DNA of 64,000 nucleotides from NCBI GenBank assembly GCA_965116885.1, contig OZ220741.1, positions 928,001 to 992,000 on the forward strand. The letters run 5' to 3'. Positions within the stretch are counted from its first letter, which is position 1, and the number at the start of each line of letters is the position of its first letter. A program made the position numbers and the translations under genes. The notes under the pieces were generated by a model. That model had not been told where the DNA came from. It saw only the letters and a list, made by a program, of their open reading frames with translations, and made no database searches. Positions 18,657 through 29,756 of this stretch are shown here, one piece after another. Source of the stretch: Candidatus Latescibacterota bacterium. GTDB taxonomy: Bacteria > Latescibacterota > UBA2968.

Positions 18657-19733
18657 ATGTTTGAACAACTCAAAACCATTGAAACCCGCTATTTCAAACT
18701 CGGCGAAGAAATGGCCAGACCCGAAGTTGCCGCAGACCCCAATCGCATTCGCAAACTCGGCAAAGAATATCGCGACCTCGAAGAAATCGTCACAACGTAT
18801 CGCGACTACAACAAAGTGAGCGAAGACCTCGCCGAAGTAAATGACATCATCAGCACATCAGATGACGCCGAACTCGTCGATATGGCCCAAATGGAAAAAG
18901 AAGACCTCGCCCTGCGCGAATCAGACCTGTCCAACAAGCTCAAAATGCTCTTAATTCCCAAAGACCCCAACGACAGCAAAGACACCGTCGTCGAAATACG
19001 CGCAGGTGCGGGCGGAGACGAAGCCGCCCTCTTTGCCGCCGACCTCCACCGCATGTACTCGCGCTATGCGGAAAACACGGGGGGCCGCTGTGAAATCCTC
19101 AGCTCAAATCCCACGGGAATTGGTGGATACAAAGAGATCATCTTCTTAGTCGTTGGCAACGGTATCTACGGCAGGCTAAAATACGAAAGCGGGGTACACC
19201 GGGTCCAGCGCATTCCCGAAACCGAATCCAGCGGCCGCATCCACACCTCGACAGCCACGGTAGCCGTTCTTCCCGACGCAGAAGACGTCGATATAGACAT
19301 CGATCTCAACGACCTCAAAATAGATGTCTTTCGCTCTTCGGGACCCGGCGGTCAAAGCGTCAACACCACCGACTCGGCAGTGCGCATCACCCACATGCCA
19401 TCGGGTCTTGTGGTTACGTGTCAGGACGAAAAATCCCAGCACAAAAACAGAGCCAAAGCACTCAAAGTCTTGCGCTCGCGCCTGCTCGATCAGGCCATCC
19501 GCGAACAACAGGCAAAAACCGCCGCCGACCGCCGCTCTCAAATTGGCAGCGGCGACCGAAGCGCGAAAATTCGCACCTACAATTTCCCACAGGGACGCGT
19601 AACCGACCACCGCATCAAACTCACCCTGCACAGACTTGAAAACATTCTGGACGGCAACATCGCAGAACTCATCGAAGCCCTTCGCCTCTCTGACCAAACG
19701 GAAAAACTCAAACAACAGGAACAAATCTTCTAA
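18657..19733 (+). CDS. prfA: Peptide chain release factor 1
   Basis: PET anticodon motif, [14 protein letters not shown]. Confidence 0.97.
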   Translation: MFEQLKTIETRYFKLGEEMARPEVAADPNRIRKLGKEYRDLEEIVTTYRDYNKVSEDLAEVNDIISTSDDAELVDMAQMEKEDLALRESDLSNKLKMLLIPKDPNDSKDTVVEIRAGAGGDEAALFAADLHRMYSRYAENTGGRCEILSSNPTGIGGYKEIIFLVVGNGIYGRLKYESGVHRVQRIPETESSGRIHTSTATVAVLPDAEDVDIDIDLNDLKIDVFRSSGPGGQSVNTTDSAVRITHMPSGLVVTCQDEKSQHKNRAKALKVLRSRLLDQAIREQQAKTAADRRSQIGSGDRSAKIRTYNFPQGRVTDHRIKLTLHRLENILDGNIAELIEALRLSDQTEKLKQQEQIF

Positions 19734-19738
19734 CCCCC

Positions 19739-20596
19739 ATGTCCTCCTCCATTCACCATCTCCTCATCTGGGCCAGAGACATCCTCATCAAAGCGGGTGT
19801 ACCCAGCCCACAGGCAGATGCCGAATGGACGCTCGCCCATGTGCTCGAATGTCAGCGTTCAGAACTGCTTATGCGGGCGCGCCAGCCGCTCACACCTGAA
19901 CAAAACGCGACCTATCGCAACTTGATACACCGCCGTGCCGATCGCATACCCCTGCAACACCTTTTGGGCAACACCGAATTTTACGGCCTCCCATTTCACA
20001 CCTCGCCCGATGCCCTGATTCCCCGACCAGAAACAGAGACCCTCGTCGAAATTGTCCTCGACCAATTAAAAAACATCACAAAACTCCGTATCCTCGACAT
20101 TGGCACCGGATCGGGAATCATCGCCATTACCCTGAGCAAAGCACTCACAGAATCGCATGTAATCGCCACAGACATATCGCGTAAAGCACTTTACCTCGCC
20201 AGCCAAAACGCCTGCCTCAACGGCGTTTCCGACCGCATTTCCTTTTTGCAAGCCGACCTCCTCACACCCTTTGCACCGCCAGAGGGGTTCAATGCCATCC
20301 TCTCCAACCCCCCCTATATTCCCAGCCGTACAATCGACGCGCTACAACCCGAAGTCCGCGCCTGTGATCCTCACCTCGCCTTAGACGGAGGCAGTGACGG
20401 CCTCGACTTCTATCGCAAAATTATTCCCACCAGTGTCCCTTTGCTCGCACCGGACGGATTATTGGGTTTGGAAATCGGCCACGACCAGGCCGATACCGTC
20501 ACGCAACTCCTCGCGCGACAAAGTGGCCTCACCCACATCTCTACCCACACCGACCTGAGTGGATATCCCCGCGCGGTACTGGCGCAAAGGCGATGA
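19739..20596 (+). CDS. prmC: Release factor glutamine methyltransferase
   Basis: LIPRPETE, DIGTGSG, NPPY; follows prfA. Confidence 0.95.
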   Translation: MSSSIHHLLIWARDILIKAGVPSPQADAEWTLAHVLECQRSELLMRARQPLTPEQNATYRNLIHRRADRIPLQHLLGNTEFYGLPFHTSPDALIPRPETETLVEIVLDQLKNITKLRILDIGTGSGIIAITLSKALTESHVIATDISRKALYLASQNACLNGVSDRISFLQADLLTPFAPPEGFNAILSNPPYIPSRTIDALQPEVRACDPHLALDGGSDGLDFYRKIIPTSVPLLAPDGLLGLEIGHDQADTVTQLLARQSGLTHISTHTDLSGYPRAVLAQRR

Positions 20597-20597
20597 T

Positions 20598-20667
20598 GGG
20601 ACGGCACGGGGGCCGTCCCCTACGATAATATTGTTAATCCTGTAGGGGCGACCCCCTGTGGTCGCCC
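20598..20667. repeat. Inverted pair of GTAG-type REP elements
   Basis: GGGACGGCACGGGGGCCGTCCCCTAC, spacer, GTAGGGGCGACCCCCTGTGGTCGCCC. Confidence 0.75.
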
Positions 20668-20763
20668 GCTAACCGCCAATTGCTAATCATTGACTTTTAC
20701 GACCTTTTTTGTTAATTTCTCACGCCTCAATATTCGTTTGTCTCACCCCTTTATAAACGCGCC

Positions 20764-21732
20764 ATGTTAGACCAAATTTTCGCGCCCATCCAATATCAGA
20801 TCGCACGCTTTGAAACCCGTCTCGAAGAAATCATGACGGCCTCTGATGTCGGGGGAATACAAAAAATGGCCTATCACGTTGTTAAAAACAGGGGCAGGCG
20901 TTTTCGACCTGCTCTTGCATTCTTAACAGCGCAGGCCGTAGGCGAGTGTTCAGACGCGGTGATCGATGCTGCTGTAGGCGTTGAAATTATACAAACGGCA
21001 TCGCTCATTCACGATGACGTAATCGACAACGCGGAAACGCGCCGGGGTGCCGACGTCTTACACTTCCAATGGGGCAACCGCGCAGCCATTTTGATGGGCG
21101 ATTTTCTTTTTGCCAAATCAATGCAAGTGCTCGTTGGACTCAACTCCCTACCGGTCATGGACGCCACGACCCACGCGATACAGCGCGTCGTCGAAGGAGA
21201 AATTCTCGAGGGCGAAATATCTTCTTCGGGTGAAGCATCGCTCTATTTTCGCATGATTAATCAAAAAACGGCATCACTGCTCGCGCTGGCTTGCGAATTG
21301 GGTGCTATTTTGGGCAATGGATCGCCCAATCAGATCGCTCGCATGGCGTCTTTCGGCAGTGAAATCGGCGTCGCCTTCCAGATTACCGACGACGTCCTCG
21401 ACCTGATGGGCAGTGCAAATAACATGGGCAAACCCACGGGAAACGATCTTCGAGAAAAAAAATTGACCTTACCCTTAATTCGGGCACTGGCAAACTGCAA
21501 AAATGGCGAAGCTGCCCATATTCGCAGCAAAGTACTCAATGGCGTAGAAACCGACAGCGACTGGCGAGAAATCATGCGCTTTGTCCAGCGCTATCGGGGC
21601 GTAGAAGCCGCGCGAGAAGAAGCGCGTTCTTATGCACAATCCGCTCTCAAAAATCTGAATGTTCTACACACCTCCAGCGCGCGCGACGCGCTTGCACTGG
21701 CGGTTCAACACGTAGTTGAACGAAACCAGTGA
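20764..21732 (+). CDS. Polyprenyl (octaprenyl/heptaprenyl-type) diphosphate synthase
   Basis: LIHDDVID..RRG and FQITDDVLD aspartate-rich motifs, GKPTGNDLRE. Confidence 0.9.
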   Translation: MLDQIFAPIQYQIARFETRLEEIMTASDVGGIQKMAYHVVKNRGRRFRPALAFLTAQAVGECSDAVIDAAVGVEIIQTASLIHDDVIDNAETRRGADVLHFQWGNRAAILMGDFLFAKSMQVLVGLNSLPVMDATTHAIQRVVEGEILEGEISSSGEASLYFRMINQKTASLLALACELGAILGNGSPNQIARMASFGSEIGVAFQITDDVLDLMGSANNMGKPTGNDLREKKLTLPLIRALANCKNGEAAHIRSKVLNGVETDSDWREIMRFVQRYRGVEAAREEARSYAQSALKNLNVLHTSSARDALALAVQHVVERNQ

Positions 21733-21761
21733 ATCACACCTAAACGGAGTAACTTTCTGCG

Positions 21762-24290
21762 ATGACCCGAGAATACTGGCGTTTGTTAATCATCTGTGCG
21801 ACCATAGTGCTCGCACTTTTTTATCTCTATCCCACCTACCAATTTTACTACGCACCTCCGGAAAATTTAGACCAGCGAGAGCGCGTAAAACAGCAAGCCA
21901 TCAACCTCGGATTAGACTTGCAAGGGGGTATCCACCTCGTTCTCGAAGTGGATCAAACCAATCTCTCAGAAGATGAAAAAACAGACGTGGTTGCGCGCGC
22001 CCTCGAAATTATCCGCAATCGCATCGATCAATTTGGCGTCTCTGAACCCATCATTCACCGCGAAGGCGACTGGCGTATCGTAGTCGAATTGCCGGGTGTG
22101 CAAGACATCGAACGCGCCAAGGGCCTGATCGGCAAAACCGCGCGTCTCGAATTCAAAATCCTCAAATCCGACGCCGACCGCGCTAGCATAATCGAAAAAA
22201 TTGACCGACACCTTGCCGCGCAGGCACCTGTTGACAGCGCGAAAGCCGAAGACCCGCTCCTCGGGCAAATAGCCGAAGACACCCCATCTCTCTCTCGCTA
22301 TATGCTATCTTCTCGGGGAGACTTCGTAGTAACAGAAGACAATATACTGACCGTGCGAGAACTTCTGAATCGTCCAGACGTACAAAAACTCCTGCCACCC
22401 GACGCGCAATTCCTGTGGAATTCCAAAGACGAAGAAATGGGCGACGGACAACGCTATCGCGCACTCTACTATCTCAAAAGACGCGTAGAAATGACAGGCG
22501 AAATCCTCTCCGATGCCTCTGTTACAACCGGACAATCCTTTGAAAACGCCGGTCAACCCATTGTCAACTTCACCACCACCAGCCAGGGCGTGCGCCTCTT
22601 TGGACGGGTCACGGGCGCCAACGTGGGCGAACGCATGGCCATCATTCTCGATGATCAGGTCTATTCCGCGCCCACAATCCGCTCCAAAATCAACCAGGGC
22701 TCGGGCATTATTGAAGGCACTGGCACCGTTGACGAAGCCAAAGACCTCGCCATTGTCTTGCGTGCAGGTGCGCTACCCGCCGACGTCAATATCGTCGAAG
22801 ACCGCACGGTCGGACCTTCACTTGGACGCGACTCCATAGAACAGGGCAGAAATGCAGCCCTCATCGGCCTCGTCATCGTCATCATTTTTATGGTCATCTA
22901 CTACGGCTTTTCGGGTCTCGTCGCCGATCTTGCGCTCGTGCTCAACCTCGTCTTTGTCATGGCCATCCTCGCGGCATTTCAAGGCACGCTCACCCTGCCC
23001 GGCATAGCGGGTATTATTCTAACCATTGGTATGGCAGTAGATGCCAACGTGCTGATTCTCGAACGCATCCGCGAGGAATTGCGCGCGGAAAAAACCCTGC
23101 GGGTAGCCATTGAAAATGGTTATGCGCGCGCCGTACAGACCATCGTCGATGCCAACGTAACCACCATCATCACCGCCATCGTGCTCTACCAATACGGCAC
23201 CGGTCCCATCAAGGGCTTTGCACTCACCCTGATGATCGGTATCATTTCCTCGATGTTCACCGCCATCTTTGTCACGCGCACCATTTACGACACCATTGTC
23301 TCGCGCCAGGTCAATCCCCGCCTCAGCATTGGCAGGCTGCGCGTATTTGGCGACACCAGCATCAACTTTCTCGGTGTTCGACGGGGTGCTTTCATCCTGT
23401 CCGCTGTTCTCATCCTGCTCGGCCTGGGATCCACCATCACCAAAGGCGGCTATAACCTGGGCATCGACTTTGCCGGCGGCACATTGCTCGAATTGCACTT
23501 TGATCCCCCAGCCTCCGTCGGCGACATCCGCCAGTCTCTGGGCGACGTCCGCGTTGAGGACCAGAGCATGGACTTGCGCAACAGCGAAATCAAAGAATTC
23601 GGCACGGTCAACGACATCCTCATTCGCGTTGAAGAAGAAGCCGAAGGCACAGCCATCGCAGACGCCATAAAAACCAGACTCAAATCCGATTTTGCCGGCA
23701 ATATTCAAGATGAGACCGAGTGGTTGCGACGGCAGGAAGCCGTCGGACCCAAAATTGGCGAAGAACTCAAGACCAATGCCGTATATGCCATCCTCGTCTC
23801 AATGATACTCATTATCATTTACGTGTGGTGGCGTTTCAGGCAGATCGAATTTGGGATTGCAGCCGTCATTGCCCTTTTCCACGACGTCATGATCACTCTC
23901 GGGATCTTTTCAGTTCTAAATTGGGAGATCTCCCTGGCCATTGTGGCGGCCTTGCTCACCATTGTGGGGTACTCCCTCAACGATACAATCGTGGTCTATG
24001 ACCGCATCCGCGAAGACATCAAATTGTATCGCCGCGACACCTTTAGCAGCGTAATCAACCGCGCCATCAACGAGTGTCTCAACCGCACAGTACTCACCTC
24101 GGGCACCACCATGCTGGTCGTCCTCTCCCTCATCCTCCTGGGCGGAGAAGTAATCCGCGACTTTGCATTCGCCCTGCTCATCGGCGTCATCGTGGGAACC
24201 TACTCCTCGGCATTTGTCGCATCGCCCATCGTGGTCGAATGGCACAACCGCCGGGAGGCAAAAGCGAGACAGGGACGGAGTGCGGCGTAG
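21762..24290 (+). CDS. secDF: Protein translocase subunit SecDF (fused)
   Basis: LGLDLQGG, VGPSLG, GMAVDANV, GIDFAGG, GYSLNDTIVVYDRIRE. Confidence 0.95.
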   Translation: MTREYWRLLIICATIVLALFYLYPTYQFYYAPPENLDQRERVKQQAINLGLDLQGGIHLVLEVDQTNLSEDEKTDVVARALEIIRNRIDQFGVSEPIIHREGDWRIVVELPGVQDIERAKGLIGKTARLEFKILKSDADRASIIEKIDRHLAAQAPVDSAKAEDPLLGQIAEDTPSLSRYMLSSRGDFVVTEDNILTVRELLNRPDVQKLLPPDAQFLWNSKDEEMGDGQRYRALYYLKRRVEMTGEILSDASVTTGQSFENAGQPIVNFTTTSQGVRLFGRVTGANVGERMAIILDDQVYSAPTIRSKINQGSGIIEGTGTVDEAKDLAIVLRAGALPADVNIVEDRTVGPSLGRDSIEQGRNAALIGLVIVIIFMVIYYGFSGLVADLALVLNLVFVMAILAAFQGTLTLPGIAGIILTIGMAVDANVLILERIREELRAEKTLRVAIENGYARAVQTIVDANVTTIITAIVLYQYGTGPIKGFALTLMIGIISSMFTAIFVTRTIYDTIVSRQVNPRLSIGRLRVFGDTSINFLGVRRGAFILSAVLILLGLGSTITKGGYNLGIDFAGGTLLELHFDPPASVGDIRQSLGDVRVEDQSMDLRNSEIKEFGTVNDILIRVEEEAEGTAIADAIKTRLKSDFAGNIQDETEWLRRQEAVGPKIGEELKTNAVYAILVSMILIIIYVWWRFRQIEFGIAAVIALFHDVMITLGIFSVLNWEISLAIVAALLTIVGYSLNDTIVVYDRIREDIKLYRRDTFSSVINRAINECLNRTVLTSGTTMLVVLSLILLGGEVIRDFAFALLIGVIVGTYSSAFVASPIVVEWHNRREAKARQGRSAA

Positions 24291-24303
24291 ATTGAGCTAT
24301 ATC

Positions 24304-24349
24304 AAAAAAAAAGCACCTGATCAATCTCATCAGATCAGGTGCTTTTTTT
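24304..24349 (+). terminator. Intrinsic terminator after secDF
   Basis: AAGCACCTGATC...GATCAGGTGCTTTTTTT. Confidence 0.8.
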
Positions 24350-24368
24350 ATCAGATGGGAATAACACA

Positions 24369-26948
24369 ATGGCAGCAAAAACACATCACCGCACCCCGAG
24401 ATTTGCCTGCCTGAGCAGCATGCTCCTCCTGATACTCATCTCCAGCGGACACGCGCTTGCACAATTCACCTATACCTGGAAGACCGATCAAACCTACGAA
24501 GGGACAGAATCGACCACCCTCGTACAACCCGTGCAGGTCATGTTCTTAGATGAGCCGATACAGGTCGTGCCACACAGTTCATCATTGCGCCTCATGCAAA
24601 AATATTCGGTATTACTCGGAACAGAATGGAACGCAGAGCAGGCTTACCGCCTGCTCCAGACCTTTGAATCCGTCCCACAATTGAGTAACGACCCGTACAA
24701 AGAGACACTTGAAGTGCCATCTTCATTATGGCAATTGACAGACCAGCATATTCAAAATGACATAGAAATTCGCATCCAGGACGGACAGAAAATCGTCACC
24801 CTATCCCGGGAGGCTTTTACATACGCCGACCCATTGCTGGCTGAAATAGAGGGTGTGAGAGGCCGCTTCTTCTCCAAAAGACTCCATCAGGCCGTCGTTC
24901 GCTATGTAACCGACGATGGCAGAGACAGAGATGCCCTGAAGCAGATATTAGAGAACCGCTACGGCGTAAGTATAGATGTACCGGACTATACTGAACTGAC
25001 GCGAAGAACAACAAGGGAAGATGCAGGTCGGTTTGGAGAATTCAAAAACGAGGAATTGATGGCTCTTGTGAGTATGTTTGAAGAATTCCCACAAGGCATG
25101 CTCACGACGCCAGGGCTGCGATATCTGGTTCGGCGATTAGATGGAACACCCTCTCCAATTGTATCGGGTGCTGTTGCTTTAGCCTGGGTGACCGAAGGCT
25201 ATATCGAATTTATGGAAGGCGCTTTTAAGAGAATAAATCTCGGCTACATCCACCGCCTGATTCTCCATGAAAAAGCGCACTTCTTATGGGAACATCTCTT
25301 TGACGACCAGCTCAAACAGGACTGGATTGAACTCGGCGGCTGGTATGAAAACCCGGACGACAAAGATGGCTGGTCAACGACCAAACAGACCGAGTTCGTA
25401 TCTGCTTATGCACACGGTGTGAATCCGAATGAGGATATGGCAGAAACGATCAGCTATTACATCGTGAACCCCGACAAGTTGCGCTCGCGTTCCCCTGCCA
25501 AATACGAATTTGTTCGAGACCGGATCATGCACGGCACGCACTACATATCCCAGATACGCGAAGACCTGATGTTTCAGGTCTATAATCTATATCCCTATGT
25601 GGTATATCCCGGCCGGATCATACGGGTTGACATACGGGTTGAAGGCGAACCCGAAGAAGATAAGGATATAACAATAGAACTTGAGCTTCACCAGGAAAAT
25701 GACTTTGATAATGCGCAGGCATCACGCCTGAGCATTCACAGCCCAAAAGGCACCTTTTTTTCTATCTGGCTTTATCCCGTAAGCGCCGATGGCCAACGCA
25801 TCAATGCAAGTCACATTTTGAGAGGACAACGCACACTATCCAGGCACGCGGCGCATGGCTATTGGGGTCCAGATCGAATTACCCTGAGGGATGCCCAGGG
25901 CAATGAACGGCACGAATCTCAGATCGATTTCGGATGGAAGCTCTATGTCAACAATCCACTCGCAGATGATAAACCGCCGGAGTACATCAAAAATTCAATG
26001 CAACTCTCGTTGTCACAAAGGACAGCAGAAGGCAAGCCATATCAAATTCTCACCGCACGTTGGAAAATTTTTGAAGAAATCGGGATACCGGAACAGGGCG
26101 TCAAAGCTGAACTGAATGATATGAATGCCGAGACCTATTCCTTCTACACGAGGTGGGGTAATTATGACCCTCAGACCGGTGAAGCGCGTGTTCAACTTGC
26201 GATTCCGGATTACTTTCGGAGTGGCACATACACGCTTAATCATATCCTGATGTATGATATCGCGTTAAATCCACGGGGCGTGCACTTTACCGATCCAGGA
26301 AGAGGAATAAGAGACGAAGACATCATAATAGATGAGGCACCTGCCACCATTGATGTCCAAACGACAAATCCGGATGACACCCCACCCGTACTCGCTTTGA
26401 ATCAGATCACCATTCAGGCAGAACCGACCAATATAGAAGCACCAAACGGCGAAACGCGGGTCGATATTACTTTTAAAGTCAAGGACAACATCAGTGGATA
26501 TCTTGTGACAGACATGTATTTACGCGATCCCAACGGCGTGAGGCACCGCTTTAGACATTACGAACCGGATTATCGCAAAATCTATTTTACACGGGATCCC
26601 ACTGTCTATGAAACCTACCATAAAGCGATCACCTTGCCCGTTGGCAGTATTCCCGGAACGTGGGGACTTGCGGAAATAAAAATATGGGACAAAGCATATA
26701 ACCTCCTTCGGACAAACTTCACTGACATCATCCGCTTTGAGGTAGAAGAGACGCCCCTTGCCTCTGCCGACTTTGATGGCGATGGACAGGTCGATGTCGC
26801 AGACTTTCTGCTCTTTGTAGAAGTGTTTGGAACCCAGAGCGGACAGGAAAACTTCGATCCAAAATACGACCTCAACAGCGATGGAATCATTGGCATTCCC
26901 GACTTCCTCATCTTTGTGGATTCCTTTGGCAAAACGGTCATTGGATAA
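24369..26948 (+). CDS. Secreted putative zinc metallopeptidase (HEXXH) with Ig-like repeats and a C-terminal dockerin/EF-hand-like domain, copy 1
   Basis: Signal peptide ending ALA-Q; ILHEKAH and SAYA..NPNEDMAE; tail ADFDGDGQVDVADFLLF...DLNSDG. Confidence 0.75.
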   Translation: MAAKTHHRTPRFACLSSMLLLILISSGHALAQFTYTWKTDQTYEGTESTTLVQPVQVMFLDEPIQVVPHSSSLRLMQKYSVLLGTEWNAEQAYRLLQTFESVPQLSNDPYKETLEVPSSLWQLTDQHIQNDIEIRIQDGQKIVTLSREAFTYADPLLAEIEGVRGRFFSKRLHQAVVRYVTDDGRDRDALKQILENRYGVSIDVPDYTELTRRTTREDAGRFGEFKNEELMALVSMFEEFPQGMLTTPGLRYLVRRLDGTPSPIVSGAVALAWVTEGYIEFMEGAFKRINLGYIHRLILHEKAHFLWEHLFDDQLKQDWIELGGWYENPDDKDGWSTTKQTEFVSAYAHGVNPNEDMAETISYYIVNPDKLRSRSPAKYEFVRDRIMHGTHYISQIREDLMFQVYNLYPYVVYPGRIIRVDIRVEGEPEEDKDITIELELHQENDFDNAQASRLSIHSPKGTFFSIWLYPVSADGQRINASHILRGQRTLSRHAAHGYWGPDRITLRDAQGNERHESQIDFGWKLYVNNPLADDKPPEYIKNSMQLSLSQRTAEGKPYQILTARWKIFEEIGIPEQGVKAELNDMNAETYSFYTRWGNYDPQTGEARVQLAIPDYFRSGTYTLNHILMYDIALNPRGVHFTDPGRGIRDEDIIIDEAPATIDVQTTNPDDTPPVLALNQITIQAEPTNIEAPNGETRVDITFKVKDNISGYLVTDMYLRDPNGVRHRFRHYEPDYRKIYFTRDPTVYETYHKAITLPVGSIPGTWGLAEIKIWDKAYNLLRTNFTDIIRFEVEETPLASADFDGDGQVDVADFLLFVEVFGTQSGQENFDPKYDLNSDGIIGIPDFLIFVDSFGKTVIG

Positions 26949-26964
26949 GCACGCGGACACAGAT

Positions 26965-27008
26965 AAAAAAGAAGCACCAGGTCAGATATGTGATCCGGTG
27001 CTTTTTTT
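26965..27008 (+). terminator. Intrinsic terminator
   Basis: AAGCACC...GGTGCTTTTTTT, related to the secDF terminator. Confidence 0.7.
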
Positions 27009-27068
27009 ATTCCGTCGATAAGGAAGCCAATTAACCATTGACTCGCAAACTATAATTTTTATATTAGC

Positions 27069-27107
27069 ACAAACGTTCACAACAAACGTTCACAACAAAC
27101 GTTCACA
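27069..27107 (+). repeat. Three perfect 13-bp tandem repeats ACAAACGTTCACA
   Basis: Read directly; just downstream of the TTGACT-N16-TATATT promoter-like motif (27038-27065). Confidence 0.85.
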
Positions 27108-27148
27108 CAGAAATTAGGCACAGTTCAACACTTGAAAGGAGTAACACA

Positions 27149-29734
27149 TTGACAGCAAAAACACATCACCACATCTTGAGATTTGCGTTCCTCAGCAGCA
27201 TGATCCTTCTGATAGCACTCATCTTCAGCGGACATGCTCTTGCACAATATACCTATACCTGGAAAACCGACACAACCTACGAAGGGGTAGATCGGGCAAC
27301 CCTCGTTCAACCCGTACAGGTCATGTTCTTACACCAGCCGATACAGGTCGTGCCCCACAGCGCATCATTGCGTCTCATGCAACAGTATTCTGTTTTACTC
27401 GGCACCGAATGGAGTGATGGTCAGGCTTACCGACTGCTCCAGACCTTTGAATCCATCCCACAATTGAGTAACGACCCGTACAAAGAGACACTTGAAGTGC
27501 CATCTTCATTATGGCAATTGACAGACCAGCATATTCAAAATGACGTAGAGATTCGCTTCCAGGATGGGCAGAAAATCGTCACCCTGTCCCGGGAGGCTTT
27601 TACCTATGCCGACCCATTGCTGGCTGAAATAGAGGGTGTGAGAGGCCGTTTCTTCTCCAAAAGACTCCACCATGCCGTTGTTCGCTATGTAACCGATGGT
27701 GGCAGGGATAGAGATGCGCTAAAGCAGATTTTAGAGAAACGGTATGGCATAAGCATAGATGTGCCGGACTATACCGAACTCACGCGAAGAACAACAAAAG
27801 AACATGCAGGTCGTTTTGGAGAATTCAAAAACGAAGAATTGATAGCTCTTGTGAGTATGTTTGAAGAATACCCACAAGGCATGCTCAGCACACCAGGGTT
27901 GCAATATCTGGTTAGACGATTGGATGGAACACCTCATCCAATTAACCCGTCTGCTCCTGCTATAGCCTGGGTGACCGAGGGCTATATTGAGTTCATGGAA
28001 TCTGCTTTTAAGGGACAGGACCTCGACTACATCCACCGCTTAATTCTCCATGAAAAAGCACATTTTTTCTGGGAACATCTCTTTGATGACCAACTCAAAC
28101 AGGACTGGATTGAACTCGGCGGCTGGTATGAAAACCCGGACGACAAAGATGGCTGGTCAACGACCAAACAGACCGAGTTCGTATCTGCTTATGCACACGG
28201 TGTGAATCCGAATGAGGACATGGCAGAAACGATCAGTTATTACATCGTGGATCCCGACAAGTTGCGCTCCCGTTCGCCTGCCAAATACGAATTTATTCGC
28301 GATCGGGTCATGCACGGCACGCGGTACATCTCTCGGATACGCGAAGACCTGACATTTCAGGTCTATAATCTGTATCCCGATGTCGTATATCCAGGACGGA
28401 TCATACGGGTTGACATACAGGTTGAGGGAGAACCGGAAGAGGATAAGGTAATAACAGTAGAGCTTGAACTTCACCGGGATAATAGCTTCGAAACAGCACA
28501 AACAACAAATATCCGGATCTTCAACTCCAAAGGTACCTTTTTTTACCTCAGGCTTTTTCCTGTAGATGCCAATGGACTGCGCGTCAATGAAAGTCACATT
28601 TTGCGAGGGCACTACGCACTATCAAAGCACGCAGCACATGGCTACTGGGGACCAGATCAAATTAGCCTCAAGGATGCCCAGGGCAATGAACGGCACGAAT
28701 CCCAGGTCGATTTCGGATGGAAACTCTACGTCAACAATCCGCTTGCAGATGATACACCACCTGCTTACGTCAAAAATTCAATGCAACTCTCATTGTCACA
28801 GGGCACGGCAGAAGGCAGGCTCGTACAAATCCTCACCGCACGTTGGCGGCTTTTTGAAGAATTCGGTGTAAGAAAACTCTATGCACAACTAAACGATGCA
28901 AATGCTGAAACCTATTCTCGTCGCGCGCAGGAGTATGGAAATTATAATCCACAAACCGGTGAAGCAAGTGTCCAACTTAAAATTCCGGATTACTTCCAGA
29001 ATGGCACATATATCGTTAACTATGTCAAGATGCGTGATATGGCGTTAAATGCACAAGGCGTGTACTTTACCGATCCAGGACACGGGTTAAGGATTGAAGA
29101 TGTCATAGCAGATGAATCACCTGCCACCATTGATGTTCAAACGACAAATCCGGATGACACTCTACCCGTGCTCGATCTAAATCAGATCACCATTCAGGCA
29201 GAGCCAATCAATCCAGAAGAACCAAATGGCGAAACAAAGGTCGATATTGCCTTTAGAATCAAGGACGACATCAGTGGATATAGTTCGACAGAAATATATT
29301 TACGCGACCCCAATGGTGTGAGACACTACTTTAGGCATCTCGATCCGGATTATTACAAAGTCTATTTTACACGCGATCCAGCTGTCTATGAAACCTACCA
29401 TAAAACGATCATCTTGCCCGTTGGCAGCATCCCCGGAACGTGGGGAATCGCTGAAATGAAAGTATTCGATAAAGCATATAACCTCCTTCGTGCGAACTTC
29501 ACTGAAATCATCCGCTTTGAGGTAACCGATACGCCGCTTACTGCTATCTCTGCCGACTTTGATGGCAGTGGACAGGTCGATATCGCTGACTTTTTGTTTT
29601 TTGTCAATGTGTTTGGAACCCAGAGCGGACAGGAGAACTTCGATCCAAAATACGACCTCAACAGCGATGGAACAGTTGACATTACCGACTTCCTCATCTT
29701 CGTAGATTCCTTTGGCAAACCTGTCAGTGGATAG
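27149..29734 (+). CDS. Secreted putative zinc metallopeptidase (HEXXH) with a C-terminal dockerin/EF-hand-like domain, copy 2
   Basis: AAGGAG RBS and TTG start; close paralog of 24369-26948. Confidence 0.75.
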   Translation: MTAKTHHHILRFAFLSSMILLIALIFSGHALAQYTYTWKTDTTYEGVDRATLVQPVQVMFLHQPIQVVPHSASLRLMQQYSVLLGTEWSDGQAYRLLQTFESIPQLSNDPYKETLEVPSSLWQLTDQHIQNDVEIRFQDGQKIVTLSREAFTYADPLLAEIEGVRGRFFSKRLHHAVVRYVTDGGRDRDALKQILEKRYGISIDVPDYTELTRRTTKEHAGRFGEFKNEELIALVSMFEEYPQGMLSTPGLQYLVRRLDGTPHPINPSAPAIAWVTEGYIEFMESAFKGQDLDYIHRLILHEKAHFFWEHLFDDQLKQDWIELGGWYENPDDKDGWSTTKQTEFVSAYAHGVNPNEDMAETISYYIVDPDKLRSRSPAKYEFIRDRVMHGTRYISRIREDLTFQVYNLYPDVVYPGRIIRVDIQVEGEPEEDKVITVELELHRDNSFETAQTTNIRIFNSKGTFFYLRLFPVDANGLRVNESHILRGHYALSKHAAHGYWGPDQISLKDAQGNERHESQVDFGWKLYVNNPLADDTPPAYVKNSMQLSLSQGTAEGRLVQILTARWRLFEEFGVRKLYAQLNDANAETYSRRAQEYGNYNPQTGEASVQLKIPDYFQNGTYIVNYVKMRDMALNAQGVYFTDPGHGLRIEDVIADESPATIDVQTTNPDDTLPVLDLNQITIQAEPINPEEPNGETKVDIAFRIKDDISGYSSTEIYLRDPNGVRHYFRHLDPDYYKVYFTRDPAVYETYHKTIILPVGSIPGTWGIAEMKVFDKAYNLLRANFTEIIRFEVTDTPLTAISADFDGSGQVDIADFLFFVNVFGTQSGQENFDPKYDLNSDGTVDITDFLIFVDSFGKPVSG

Positions 29735-29756
29735 CTGTCGCGCGGTCAAACACCAC

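Noticed and set aside
21762..24290. SecD-SecF fusion as a novelty
   Set aside because: Fused SecDF is common in many phyla.
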